This document shows positions 1 through 12,073 of a DNA stretch of 64,000 nucleotides, piece after piece. Position numbers and translations under genes: made by a program. Within the stretch, counting starts at the first letter, position 1. Each line of letters opens with the position of its first letter. The notes beneath the pieces were generated by a model. It was given only the letters and a program-made list of their open reading frames with translations. It did not search any database and was not told the origin of the DNA. The stretch spans positions 35,154,001-35,218,000 of the forward strand of contig OZ024752.1 of the NCBI GenBank assembly GCA_964016885.1. Direction: 5' to 3'. This stretch comes from Eledone cirrhosa (taxonomy: Eukaryota).

Positions 1-375
1 GTGTGTGTGTGTATGTGTGTGTGTGTCTGTCTCTGTGTCTATGAGTATGTATATGTGTATGTGTGTGTGTGTGTGAGGATCTGAAAGTATATATGTGTGT
101 GTGTGTGTGTGAAAGAAACGACTAAGTTAATAAATATAGATGGTTAAAATATCCATGCTTTAAATCCTCTTTTTCTTTTCTTTTTAAACAAATCCCCACC
201 ACCACCATCAATATCACCACCACCACCACCACCAATATCACCACCACCACCACCACCAATACCACCACCACCACCACCCTCTTGCAAACGGAGAAATAAT
301 ATCGGGAACTCCAAAAAAAAAAAAAAAAAAAAAAACAGAGACAGGAGTGTGTGTGTGTGTGTGTGTGTGTGGTGG
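1..375. repeat. (GT)n, (CCA)n and poly-A microsatellites
   Basis: Directly visible simple repeats. Confidence 0.95.
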
Positions 376-411
376 GGGGTTAACAATATTATATTTAAAA
401 GATGTCCTTAC

Positions 412-475
412 CTGTTGTACAATAAACTAACAAAGGTAAAACACACTTCCATTGAAGGTAATCAAACATTTCCAT
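412..475 (-). CDS. Possible first coding exon (signal-peptide-like) of a gene running off the left end
   Basis: Minus strand reads ATG..MEMFDYLQWKCVLPLLVYCTT+G followed by a strong donor CAG|GTAAGG (phase 1). Hydrophobic short exon; no downstream exon in the window to confirm it. Confidence 0.35.
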
Positions 476-674
476 CCGATTTCTTTTGTTATGAGTTGTT
501 ATGAAATAAATTAATAAGTTAAATGAAGAAAACCACCCCCAGAAATACGGAAGCACGTGAATACGTGTATATCAAGAGACAGGCGACCAAAGTACCAAGT
601 TCTTATCTATACTATATACTATAACACCCCACTTTCTCTCGTCCTATAGCTTTCTATCGCCCCTCCCTCCCGCC

Positions 675-721
675 CTCTCTCTCTCTCTCTCTCTGGTTAT
701 ATATATTTATCTATATATCTT

Positions 722-758
<37 letters not shown>

Positions 759-861
759 CTTTCTCTTGCTCTCTCTCTCTATATATATATATGTGTGTGT
801 GTGTATGTTATAAAAGTGTGTGTATGTTATCAAAGCTATATATATACATATATATATATGC

Positions 862-911
<50 letters not shown>

Positions 912-912
912 G

Positions 913-1009
<97 letters not shown>

Positions 1010-1018
1010 ATATACATG

Positions 1019-1087
<69 letters not shown>

Positions 1088-1121
1088 ATATACATGTATA
1101 TATATATATATGTATGTATAT

Positions 1122-1173
<52 letters not shown>

Positions 1174-1182
1174 ATATACATG

Positions 1183-1237
<55 letters not shown>

Positions 1238-1358
1238 ATATACATGTATATATATACATATGTATATATATATATATATGTATATATATATGTATGTATA
1301 ATGTATGTATATATATGTATATATATATATGTGTGTATATATATATATGTATATATAT
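675..1358. repeat. (CT)n then long imperfect (TA)n/(TACATG) microsatellite
   Basis: Directly visible; accounts for the YI-rich ORFs. Confidence 0.97.
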
Positions 1359-1385
1359 CGTTCACTTTCACTCACGTTAAGACGT

Positions 1386-1530
1386 TGGTGGTGGTAGTGG
1401 TGTTGGTGGTGTTGGTGGTGGTGCTAGTGGTAGTGGTGGTAGTGGCGGCGGTGGCGGTGGTGGTGGTGGTAGTGGTGGTGGTGGTGGTGGCGGCGGTGAT
1501 GATGGGGATGGCGATGGTGGTGGTGGAGGG
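1386..1530. repeat. (GGT)n trinucleotide repeat
   Basis: Directly visible. Confidence 0.95.
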
Positions 1531-1634
1531 GACATAAATTAAAGACGGCTGATGTCAATTACTTTACAGTGTTCCATTCAAATCTTGTTAGTTTGATTTT
1601 TATCTCTCACCCTTCGTTGTTTTAAAAATAGGGA

Positions 1635-2985
1635 TATACCAGTAATATGTTAGTAATATACCAGTAATATACCAGTAATATGTTAGTAATATACCAGTAA
1701 TATACCAGTAATATGTTAGTAATATACCAGTAATATACCAGTAATATGTTAGTAATATACCAGTAATATACCAGTAATATGTTAGTAATATACCAGTAAT
1801 ATACCAGTAATATGTTAGTAATATACCAGTAATATACCAGTAATATGTTAGTAATATACCAGTAATATACCAGTAATATACCAGTAGTATATCAGTAATA
1901 TGTTAGTAACATACCAGTAACATACCAGTAATATACCAGTAACATACCAGTAATATGTTAGTAATATATCAGTAATATACCAGTAATATGTTAGTAATAT
2001 ATCAGTAATATACCAGTAATATGTTAGTAATATACCAGTAATATGTTAGTAATATACCCGTAATATACCAGTAATATGTTAGTAATATATCAGTAATATA
2101 CCAGTAATATGTTAGTAATATACCAGTAATATGTTAGTAATATACCAGTAATATACCAGTAATATGTTAGTAATATATCAGTAATATACCAGTAATATAC
2201 CAGTAGTATATCAGTAATATGTTAGTAACATACCAGTAACATACCAGTAATATACCAGTAACATACCAGTAATATGTTAGTAATATATCAGTAATATACC
2301 AGTAATATGTTAGTAATATATCAGTAATATACCAGTAATATGTTAGTAATATACCAGTAATATGTTAGTAATATACCAGTAATATGTTAGTAATATATCA
2401 GTAATATACCAGTAATATGTTAGTAATATATCAGTAATATACCAGTAATATGTTAGTAATATACCAGTAATATGTTAGTAATATATCAGTAGTATATCAG
2501 TAATATGTTAGTAATATACCAGTAATATGTTAGTAATATACCAGTAATATACCAGTAATATGTTAGTAATATACCAGTAATATGTTAGTAATATACCAGT
2601 AATATGTTAGTAATATACCAGTAATATACCAGTAATATGTTAGTAATATACCAGTAATATACCCAGTAACATACCATACCAGTAACATACCAGTAATATA
2701 CCCAGTAATATACCCAGTAATATGCCAGTAATATACCCAGTAACATACCATACCAGTAATATACCCAGTAATATGCCAGTAATATACCCAGTAACATACC
2801 ATACCAGTAACATACCAGTAATATGCCAGTAATATACCCAGTAACATACCATACCAGTAACATACCAGTAATATGCCAGTAATATACCCAGTAACATACC
2901 ATACCAGTAACATACCAGTAATATGCCAGTAATATACCCAGTAACATACCATACCAGTAACATACCAGTAATATGCCAGTAATAT
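1635..2985. repeat. 11-12 bp minisatellite (AGTAATATACC / AGTAATATGTT and variants)
   Basis: Tandem units; variant set switches near 2650 to AGTAATATACCC/AGTAACATACCATACC/AGTAATATGCC. Confidence 0.97.
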
Positions 2986-3129
2986 ATATAAATGTTTCGT
3001 TTTATTTTACAAAGCTATTTATACAAAAATAAAACAGTTATTAAAGGGGACAAAAGAGAAAGAAAGAAGAAAAATAAAAAAGAATCAAGCAACGAAAGAA
3101 TGAGAGAGAGAGAGGGGGGGGCTCACTAC

Positions 3130-3260
3130 CCGCACCCTTCTTCTTCGCCTTCTTTCTTACTGGGAGGGTCGTGAGGGAGCACAGTCCTAAAAACACTCCT
3201 TCCAGCGGGTCCTCACAGAAGCAGCCGTCTCCTAATTGGTAAGGCATTACTGGGGAGAAA
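3130..3260 (-). mobile_element. 3' end of an RTE/Rex3-like LINE family (same family as 25430-25750 and 26755-27040)
   Basis: Reverse complement aligns by eye to GCTTCTG..GAAGGAGTGTTT..CACGACCCTCCCA at 25665-25730. Confidence 0.55.
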
Positions 3261-3559
3261 GGCCAAAGACACCCCTGTGTTAACAGCCACCCCACCTCAC
3301 GGAGCTCTCTTCTCAAGCGGAGCACCGTTCACTGAAATTAACTGTATAAAAACTGGGCCCACGCCTTGTCAAAACACACACCCACAAATACTCTCTCCTT
3401 CTCCCTCTCATATATTTACTTAAAGTCGTTTTTTCTTTTCTTCTCCCACACTCGTTTTATCATTCTGCTCTTCTTGTGTTTTTTTTGTTTTTTTGTTTCC
3501 TTTCAAAACAACAAACTTGGTATCAAGGGCCGAGTCAGTGAGAGGTTTCAGTAAAAAAT

Positions 3560-3752
3560 AATTGTTTTTACTATTGGTACAAGGCCAGCAATTACTCAGT
3601 ACATTACTGGTACTTTATTTTATCGACCTCGTAAGGATGAAAGGCAAAGTTAACCTCGGCGCGATTTGAACTCAGAATGGCAAGGGCCGTAACTCTATGC
3701 GTCAAAGCATGGCGTCCGACCCTCTACCAATTCTGCCAGTTCACCGCCCTTT
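3560..3752 (-). mobile_element. tRNA-derived SINE, family A
   Basis: A-box-like TGGCAGAATTGG, B-box GAGTTCAAATC, shared core TTTGCCTTTCATCCTTACG..GTCGATAAAATAAAGTACCAGT; many copies in the window. Confidence 0.85.
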
Positions 3753-3789
3753 CAGTAAAAAATAATCTTCATAAATTTTTCATATTTAA

Positions 3790-4010
3790 CCCTTTAACAT
3801 CTACATTACTCTATATTTATTGTTATATTTTCACGGTAAACACTTTGTTTCACATAACAACCTCACATAATATCAAATCTATGAGATTTTGAAATTATTT
3901 ATTTTGAGAACAATAACTTAACATAAGTATGAGCAGCCAGTTTGGGCCAGTTTGAACAGAAATAGGTGAGAGAATTCTGGCCAGATAATGTTGGTTTAAA
4001 TGCTAAAGGG
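3790..4010. mobile_element. piggyBac-like MITE (TTAA|CCCTTT...AAAGGG|TTAA)
   Basis: Terminal inverted repeats with TTAA on both sides; multiple copies in the window. Confidence 0.85.
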
Positions 4011-4089
4011 TTAATTCCAGTAACTCTCTTAGAAATTCTAAATACTTACAAAGATATAGAAAAGGTTTTGTTTTTTGTTTTTTTCATCG

Positions 4090-4470
4090 TCTCATCTAAG
4101 AACCGCTCGCTCTCCGACAGGTTTGCGGTCGTGCCCCTAGCAGTGGAGACTTCTGGTGTCCTTGGCCCTAGGGCTACCTCTCTACTTACCACCATAGGCA
4201 CTGAGCTGGCCAGCCGCAGGTGTGAGCCTCGCGAGATGGTATGGCTCTTCCAGCGCATCTCCCTTACCATCCTCCGGGGAAACGCCTTCTTCATTCTGTC
4301 AACCGGGGCCGGTGGGGCGGCCAGCACGTGGGACCCCACTTGCTCATAATACAGAAAGATGGGGAGGGCGAGAGAGATGGAGGCGATGGCAGTGGGCGTT
4401 CGGCTCTTCTGTGTCCGGACCTGATGTGCAGCGTAGGGACTTGATGTGTCCGTAGGGAGGTAGTGATTCA
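4090..4470 (+). mobile_element. 3' fragment of a restriction-like-endonuclease non-LTR retrotransposon (CRE-like)
   Basis: GC-rich island translating FAVVPLAVETSGVLGPRA...LFQRISLTILRGNA, the typical RLE C-terminus (PxAxETxG...LxQRISxxxxRGNA), then stop and short 3' UTR. Confidence 0.7.
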
Positions 4471-4605
4471 TACATATATATAAGTATTATATTGTTCACT
4501 AACAGAAACATCAGCCAAACGAAGTGGTTCCGTAAAACCATAATAAATACCTACCGACAACTATCAGGTTTGATAAGGATACATATTTTGTGATTATTAC
4601 GTCTG

Positions 4606-4650
<45 letters not shown>

Positions 4651-4659
4651 TATATATGG

Positions 4660-4860
4660 TGGCTGCCAACTCGTTTTCGAGTACGGCCACTACTTTATAT
4701 CCATGTAGGAGAACCTCTACTGATGCGCTGAACGAGTGTGACTTTAGTCCAGCCAGCGACTTGAAAACTCTGGTACAAACACTACACTTGTGACAATTAC
4801 TGACACATAGTGCTGGGCCCATTGTACCCTGTGATGACAAGTGCAGAGAGATCTCCAGAT
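4660..4860 (-). mobile_element. RTE LINE C-terminal zinc-finger relic
   Basis: CSVCTRVFKSLAGLKSH resembles the terminal CxxCxRxFxSxxGLxSH motif of RTE/BovB ORFs. Confidence 0.5.
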
Positions 4861-5436
4861 ATAAAGCAATGCCTGTGCCGTGAGGCTTTTATAGTGAGCA
4901 AAGGCAATGCACAAAGCCAGTCCCACTCTCTTAACCAAGATGATATTTAGCAAAAAGAAGAACAAGTCAACATCATTGGATACCATCAGGGTTGCAGGTG
5001 TTATATCAGAGTTTTCTTTCTCCTAGAATTCTGCCTTGACAAAGGCTAAGGGGTCATCTCTTCCGGTGATTTTGGATGGCCATTGACTCTTAAGAGCTCC
5101 TTTGCCCTTTGACAGGTTTTGTTTTTAGTCCTGCAGGATGTCCAAAGTCACCCTCCTCACCAAGAAACCTTGGTGGGGTTGCCAGTTTAGTCGCCAACGA
5201 CCCGACCATGAGACAGGTTGTACTGGGATACATGTTACCAGTAGCACCAACTATATATATATATATATATATATATCACGAGTGATAAAATTTGCTCTGA
5301 ACGAACTACCCGTGTCTGAAGGAACCCGCAGCCGAAGAATCAACCAGATCCATACAGGGACCGTGTCTCGAGCTACCTGACGGCGAAACAATTGTAACAC
5401 ATCACTGATTTTTCGTTTTCTTTATACTGTATATAT

Positions 5437-5492
<56 letters not shown>

Positions 5493-5496
<4 letters not shown>

Positions 5497-5950
5497 GTAA
5501 TCTGAGTTTTTCGAATATTAATAATAACATTCGATTCATTTGCAATTATGCAAACAAGCCTCAATTTTATAGCCATGTCAGTAGAATGAACCCTTCATTC
5601 TTGCTCTTGTGTTGGCATTTGTTTGCATAAATGCAAATGAATCGAATGTTATATTCGAAGGGCGGTGGATTTGGAGTGTCGGTAGAGGGCCGGACGCCAT
5701 GCTTTGTAGCATAGAGTTACGGTCCTTTATGATCTGAGTTCAAATCCCGCCAAGGTTGACTTTGCCTTTCATCCTTACGGGGTCGATAAAATAAAGTACC
5801 AGTAATGCACTGGGTAATTGCTGGCCTTGTGCCTAAAGTACCAGTCACGCACTGGGGTCGATTTAATCGACTTTCCCTTCCGCCAAAATTGCTGACCTTG
5901 TGCATATATAAGAAACAATTATTAATATTCGAAAAACTCAGATTACATTT
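5493..5950. mobile_element. Palindromic MITE/foldback element interrupted by a family-A SINE
   Basis: Left arm AAATGTAATCTGAGTTTTTCGAATATTAATAA..GCAAACAA (5493-5560) pairs with 5614-5659 plus 5918-5950. Confidence 0.7.
5657..5918 (+). mobile_element. tRNA-derived SINE, family A
   Basis: AGGGCGGTGGATTTGG...GAGTTCAAATCCC...AAAGTACCAGT; ATATTCGAA repeated on both flanks (TSD-like). Confidence 0.85.
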
Positions 5951-6523
5951 GTTGTATTCAGCCATGTAGAGCGAAAATTTTCTTTTATATATATATATAT
6001 GTGTGTGTGTGTGTATGTGTGTGTGTAACTTCACGTGGGAACTGGCAGAGTCAGTGCGGGACTTACTTAAAAGCTATAGCTTCGAGCCACACATTCCCGG
6101 GGGCCTCTTGTGTGTGTGTGTGTATAAACTTCCATTGCTGTTTTAAAAGAAGTAAAAGAAAAGATGAAGGAATGAAGAAGTAACACATCAATTCTGGTCA
6201 GGAATATGTTTCAAGGAAATAAATCAACAATTAAATATCATTTATCATTTATCCATTTATATTCCGGCATCGCCCCAAGATTTGGTTACAATTTTATTTC
6301 ACTATTTTAGACAATGCTACCAAACTTAACATATGAAAGTCTCTTATTTCAGATATTTACAATTCTTCGTGGTATTAGCAGAACTTCACGTAGTTCCTTG
6401 ACTGGTTTCGAATAGAGAATAGTTTGAACAAAATATTCGACTTTTATAAATCGTTAATACGTTTAGCTCTTTTGAATAGCTTAAAATAACATCGACATCT
6501 GAATGAATATATATATATATATT

Positions 6524-6890
6524 CATATATACATGCACACATATATATGCACGTATCGGTTTACCGAACATTTATTATAATGCTCGAAACAAACCGCCCG
6601 AATTACGCTGTACAGTGTTTAGGCAACCACGTCACCTTCTTGTTCAACACTGACACAGGAACGATGTTCAATCATCTGGCAGGAATGTATACGATGCTGA
6701 CGATAGCTAATAAGCTTGAAACTAGTACATCGTTCCTGTGTCAGTGTTGAACAAGAAGGTGACGTGGTTGCCTAAACACTGTACGGCGTAATTCGGGCTG
6801 TTTGTTTGTTTACAAACAAACAAACCGAGCATTATAATAAATGTTCGGTAAACCGATACGTGCATATATATATGTGTGCATGTATGTATA
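6524..6890. repeat. Long near-perfect inverted repeat (arms ~140-160 bp, spacer 59 bp)
   Basis: 6524-6667 is the reverse complement of 6727-6890, apart from a few substitutions and an insertion in the right arm. Confidence 0.92.
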
Positions 6891-6986
6891 TATATACATA
6901 CTACTGTACGTCTGTATACATATATCTATGTACGTATACATACATACATACTTACATTTAAGTAATTCGTTTAATTCTATTCCATT

Positions 6987-7021
<35 letters not shown>

Positions 7022-7489
7022 ATACGCTATACATATATGTATATATTTCCTTTTTCTTAAATTACATGGCCTTATTTAATTTTTCAAAGAAACACTCACA
7101 CCCGATGAACTTAGAAAAATCTACTTATATGTATTTCCGTTTATTACAAACTATTTTTCTATTCAAATAATAAACATACATGTTTGTCTGAAATATGAGA
7201 CGCCAATTCTCTTTATACGCTGTTTAACTTCATAATTTATTTCAGACGTTATGGATAATAATGATTGTTATCGCTTTAATTAGCACAGTTAAGGAATCTT
7301 ATCAATAGCACTGCAAACAAAAATACTGCTCAGTTTTATATATTCTTGAACGTTGTACAAATATATGATAGGGAAAGGCGTACGACTTGGTGGTCAACGA
7401 ACTAGATTGGTAATCGCGAGGTTGCGAGTTCGATTCTTGAAAGTAAACTTTGGTGAATCTTTCCACCAAATATAATTTTAAAATGTAAA

Positions 7490-7915
7490 ATCGTCTGGCA
7501 ACTGACTTGGTAAACATCCACAAAATTATTAACCATCTTGCCAACAACAACCCTGAGCACGTTTTTGATTTTTGATGCACACACGTGCGCATGCCTACAA
7601 AGTCAGAAAACAGCACAGCTCCCTTTTTGACTTTCGGAAACATTTTTTCATGCTCAGAGTTGCTGAAGCATGGAACTAACTACCTGCATCAGTTGTTAGC
7701 TGCCGAGACACTGCATCCTTTAAAAATCTCCATGCTTCCTGAAATTCGCCAACACTATACCTGATATCACCCCTCCATACACATGCACACATGTATATCA
7801 TGACTCATACACTGTTCATTTTCCTGACATTTGTACATTATTCTATGTACTATACATGCACCTTTGATGAATTGTAGTGCACCTGAGCACTGTACAATAA
7901 TTTCATTATTATTAT
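7490..7915 (+). mobile_element. CR1/L2-clade LINE 3' fragment
   Basis: RLATDLVNIHKII...FRKHFFMLRVAEAWN*LPASVV..ASFK matches the CR1/L2 C-terminus; ends in (ATT)n. Reversed 3' ends recur at 20540-20760. Confidence 0.7.
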
Positions 7916-7996
7916 ATATAGCGAGCCTCTACCTTGGTTAAAACGGAGTTACCTGTAAAATATAGTACCTTAAAGAAAATGTTATATCATTTGTAT

Positions 7997-8230
7997 GAAG
8001 GCACGTGGCTTAGTGGTTAGATAATTTGATTCGCAATCATAAGGTTGCGAGTTTAATTACCGAACCGGGCGATGCATTATGTCCTTGAGCAAGACACTTT
8101 ATTTCAAGTTGATCTTTCTGCCAGGAATTACGGCCGGTGGTAGATAGTATCAGCAACAGAAAGACCAATGGAAAAATGGTTTCCTTGGTCCGATTTGACA
8201 AGTTCTGCCCCGCTCGGTAAGCGAATGAGA
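7997..8230 (+). mobile_element. tRNA-derived SINE, family B (CORE-like central motif)
   Basis: GTGGCTTAGTGGTTAG A box, B-box-like GAGTTTAATT, GTCCTTGAGCAAGACACTT; near copy at 32490-32700. Confidence 0.8.
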
Positions 8231-8327
8231 ACTGGGATCTTCTCGAACAAAACAATTCATATAATTCTAAAAGAAAATATGAAGAAAGTATAATCCCTTC
8301 TGTACTTAACTTGTCTATAATTGGCTC

Positions 8328-8483
8328 TACTTCTGGCACGAGGTCAGCAATTATCCCAGTGCATTACTGGTACTTTATTTTATCGACCCCTTAAGGATGA
8401 AAGGCAAATTTAACCTCGGCGGGTTTTGAACTCGGAAAGTAAAGGGCGGTAACTCTATGCTGCAAAGCATAGCGTCTGACCTT
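8328..8483 (-). mobile_element. SINE family A
   Basis: Same core motifs as 3560-3752. Confidence 0.8.
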
Positions 8484-8881
8484 CTACCGATACTGCCAAT
8501 CCTCTACTTGTCTAGAACAGACTTGTTTTTGTTAAATGACAGTCAAGAAGTTATTTCACAGAGGTGAGTGAGTTGACTAAAACAAGATAATAGCTAATAT
8601 GTACGTGTGTGTGTGTGTGTGTGTAGAGAGAGAGTAGGGTGATATATCATCACTATTATCTCGTTGTTTGTATTTTTTTCATGGTATCCATTTCTGACTC
8701 GGTGTCATCTTTATCAGTCAACCTATCTATTCATTTTGATGTGTAGACAACACAAGCGAATTAAACCTAGAAATATTATTTAGGAAACGAATTGACTGAA
8801 GCGAAAGGAAGTGTAAAAACAAGGAATGTGGAGGGATGTAAAAAGTCCTAAAAACAATGAAAGAAAATACCTTCACCTTAA

Positions 8882-9078
8882 CCCTTTAGCATTTAAATCG
8901 GCCCTATCAGGCCAGAATGTTCTCTCCTCTTTCTGTTCAAACCGGTCACTCATACTGACGTTAAGGTATTGTTCTCAAAATAAATAATATCAACATCTAA
9001 TAGATTCGATATTATGTAAGATAAAGCCTTTACCATGAAAATACAATAGTATATATGGAGTAATGTAATGTTAAAGGG
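8882..9078. mobile_element. piggyBac-like TTAA MITE
   Basis: TTAA|CCCTTTAGCATT...AATGTTAAAGGG|TTAA; an empty-site paralog lies at ~9186-9290. Confidence 0.9.
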
Positions 9079-11102
9079 TTAAGGAAATTTGCTTTATGAC
9101 TGTCTATTCAAAGATTATTGAAGGCAGAGAGTTGTCAGTCATTAGAACGCCGGATAGATGTGAAACTACATGAACCCTGAGAGGGAAGAAATACCTTCAC
9201 TTTAAGGAAATTTGCTTTATGACTGACTATCCATTAGATTTTATTGAAGGGGATGAATTGATAGAGTCGTTAGAACGTCGGATATGTTTTGTGGTATTCG
9301 TTCTGGTTCTTTGCTCTCTTGAGTCCAAATCCCACCAAGGTCAACTGTTCCTTTCATCTCTTCGAGGTCGGTTCTTCTTCTATATCCCCTTTTAATTTTT
9401 TATTCTTTCCCTGAAGATATCTGCTGCTTTCCGACCTGGAGGGATGGACTCAGCAAGGCTCTAAACTGCCCAAGAAACGCCGTATGATTATTCAGCGCAC
9501 CCACGGCACCATCAGCAGTTATGGGAATGACAAAAAAAAAAAAAGTCTTTTATCAGAGATGTCTATGATAAAAGCCCAGATGTATATAGTGTGATCTTGA
9601 TCGTAATTCATAATAACGATGTATATTAAAGTATATACGATATATCTATGTACAACATATATACGTCTCTCTACGACTATTTTAAGCTGTGATCATGACA
9701 TACATATCTCAGTAGCCGTGTGAGAACACCAGACACAAGTTTCAGGGTGTTTAATCCACCATCAGTGGCGTTTAGGTACTCGATACTGAGAGAGGAATAA
9801 GCTATAGCTTATATACCTTTTTGCATATAGTATGATCTTGACTGGTTTGGACTAATTAGCAGCACTAACATAACATGATGCATAATGAATGAATCACAAT
9901 GTTAGTACTACTACTAACTAGTCTTATACATATATAAACTCCTGGCTATTATATATTTAGTCCTGTGGTTGGTGTTAGGAAGGGCATCCAGATGTAAACA
10001 ACAACAAAAAAAAACTTCCAGAAACACTTCCGTACGAGCGAGACACGGTCTCCCGACGATTCCCGCATCAAATGGAACAAAACTGTCTAACCCATGCTAG
10101 CATGGAAGATGGTCGTTAAACGATGATATGTATAGTGTAATGTAGTGAATTTCGTAAAAGAAATTATATCCAAATTTGGCAAAGCACTCGACCCGAAGAC
10201 CGAGTTGTCATATACAAACTTAGGTAAAATTTATATTTTCATGTCGAATACGCAGGTTTCGTTGGGGGATTTGTTATGGGTGTTGTTAGAACTAAAGTTC
10301 TACTAGAGAATTATGAAAAGGAGAAACCTGAAGCGGCGGGGAGGGGTTCGATTGATTGCCAGTTAGATAATGGGGAATAACTCTTATGTAGACTTGTACA
10401 AAATAGAAAGAGGTTGTTCGTGCTTTGGGTTGGGAAATCTATTAGGTGGACTGCAAATATATGGCGGCGTGTTTATCTAAAAGGTTTCTTGGGTGCTAGA
10501 TAGGTATTATTCATAAACCTTTATGTTACAAATACCATCTTAATAATTGAAACAATTTTAGTAAATCCTTTCAAATTCTTCATTAATTTATTCAAATACA
10601 GTTTATTAGAAATATGCTAAGGATTAAAAAAAAAAAAGCAAAAATTGCCGTCCACCCTGTAAAGAGGTCGTGTTGATGACATGAAAGCGTACCCGAACCA
10701 CACTGTAGATGTGGTCATTTTGGTGTCACGATAAAACGCACCCAGACCATGGTGCAAATGTAGTTGGCATTAAGGGGAAACAGCCATAGAAACCAAGCTA
10801 GAAACAATTCTGTTTGAGCAAGGCATGGTCACCTGATCTGACTTGAGACAACCCGACTAACCCATACTATAGTGGAAAAAAAATAGACGTTAAATGATGG
10901 TGATTTAAGGAAAATTTTCCATCATCCCAGTATGTTAGTCAATCCCGAAAGAACAATCTAGAATACGATAAACTCACCCACATGCAGTCGTTTATAGATA
11001 TATAGCCACATGTTTAAAGATATTTACAAAACACACAGAAATTTCTACTGATAAATCTATTGTAGTAAAATCTACATAGTCTGGCTTGGTGCTGATTCAC
11101 AT

Positions 11103-11556
11103 AATTGTTTCTGATTTAGGCACAAGTCCAACAATATTGGGGGAGAGGAAAGTCAAATCAACCCTAGATCGTTACTGGTACCTTATTTTATCGACCCCCG
11201 TAAGGATGAAAGACAAAGCTAACCTCAGTGGAATTTGAACACAGAGCATAGATTTCTAACTATGCCATAAATCATTTTGTTCGATGCTCTACGGATTCTG
11301 CTGCTAATCCACATAAAATATATATTTATAGCAGAAAAAAAACAAAAAACACAAGTTGAACAATTGTGTGGTGGTGGTGGTGGTGGATGTCGATTAAATG
11401 AACTTCAGTGTATTACTGGTACTTTATTTTATCAACCCCGTAAGGATGAAAGGCAAAGTTAACCTCGACAGGATTTGAACACAGAACATAAAGAGACATA
11501 ACTGTATACCACAAAGCATGCTGTCCAACATTATACCAATACTGTCAAGCCACTGC
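11103..11556 (-). mobile_element. Two degenerate SINE family A copies
   Basis: TTACTGGTAC..TTTTATC..CCCCGTAAGGATGAAAG core present twice. Confidence 0.75.
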
Positions 11557-11862
11557 TAATACATATAATGGCTATATTTATAGTGGGGAAAATAAAATAA
11601 ATATCTGTACCCCTGAAAGTAAACACAAGGCAGAGTTGTGATGGATTTATTGGAACCTGTATTTTTTATTTAGGCCATAATATTTATTGAGCTTTTTTCT
11701 CCTCTATACATTTATTCCTGAAAATGGTGGGTGGAGTGAAATAACAGTAGTATATATATAGAGAACAGTGAAATTTAACAGAATTCAAATGTGGAGCGGA
11801 ATCAATTAAAATAAGAGGAATTTGATGTTTGTATCAAGACAAACAATGACGGTAAACTTTAA

Positions 11863-12073
11863 CCCTTTAAACTGGCCATATCCAGCCAGAATTTTCTCAC
11901 CTCTTTCTGTTCAAACTGGCCTCGATTGGACCCTTATACCGATGTTAAGGTGTTGTTCTCAAAATAAATATCAACATCTCATAGATTCGATATTATGTGA
12001 GATAATAACATGAAATAAAGCTTTTACTGGGAAAATACAATAGTAAGTATAGAGTAATGTAAATGCTAAAGGG
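11863..12073. mobile_element. piggyBac-like TTAA MITE
   Basis: TTAA|CCCTTT...AATGCTAAAGGG|TTAA. Confidence 0.85.

Noticed and set aside
711-2963. YI-rich and WYVTG-rich ORFs
   Set aside because: Translations of (TA)n, (GGT)n and the 11-bp minisatellite; open in several frames and on both strands.
9417-9545. GC-richer segment after a pyrimidine tract, followed by an A run (possible exon or retrocopy)
   Set aside because: No recognisable peptide in any frame and no partner exons.
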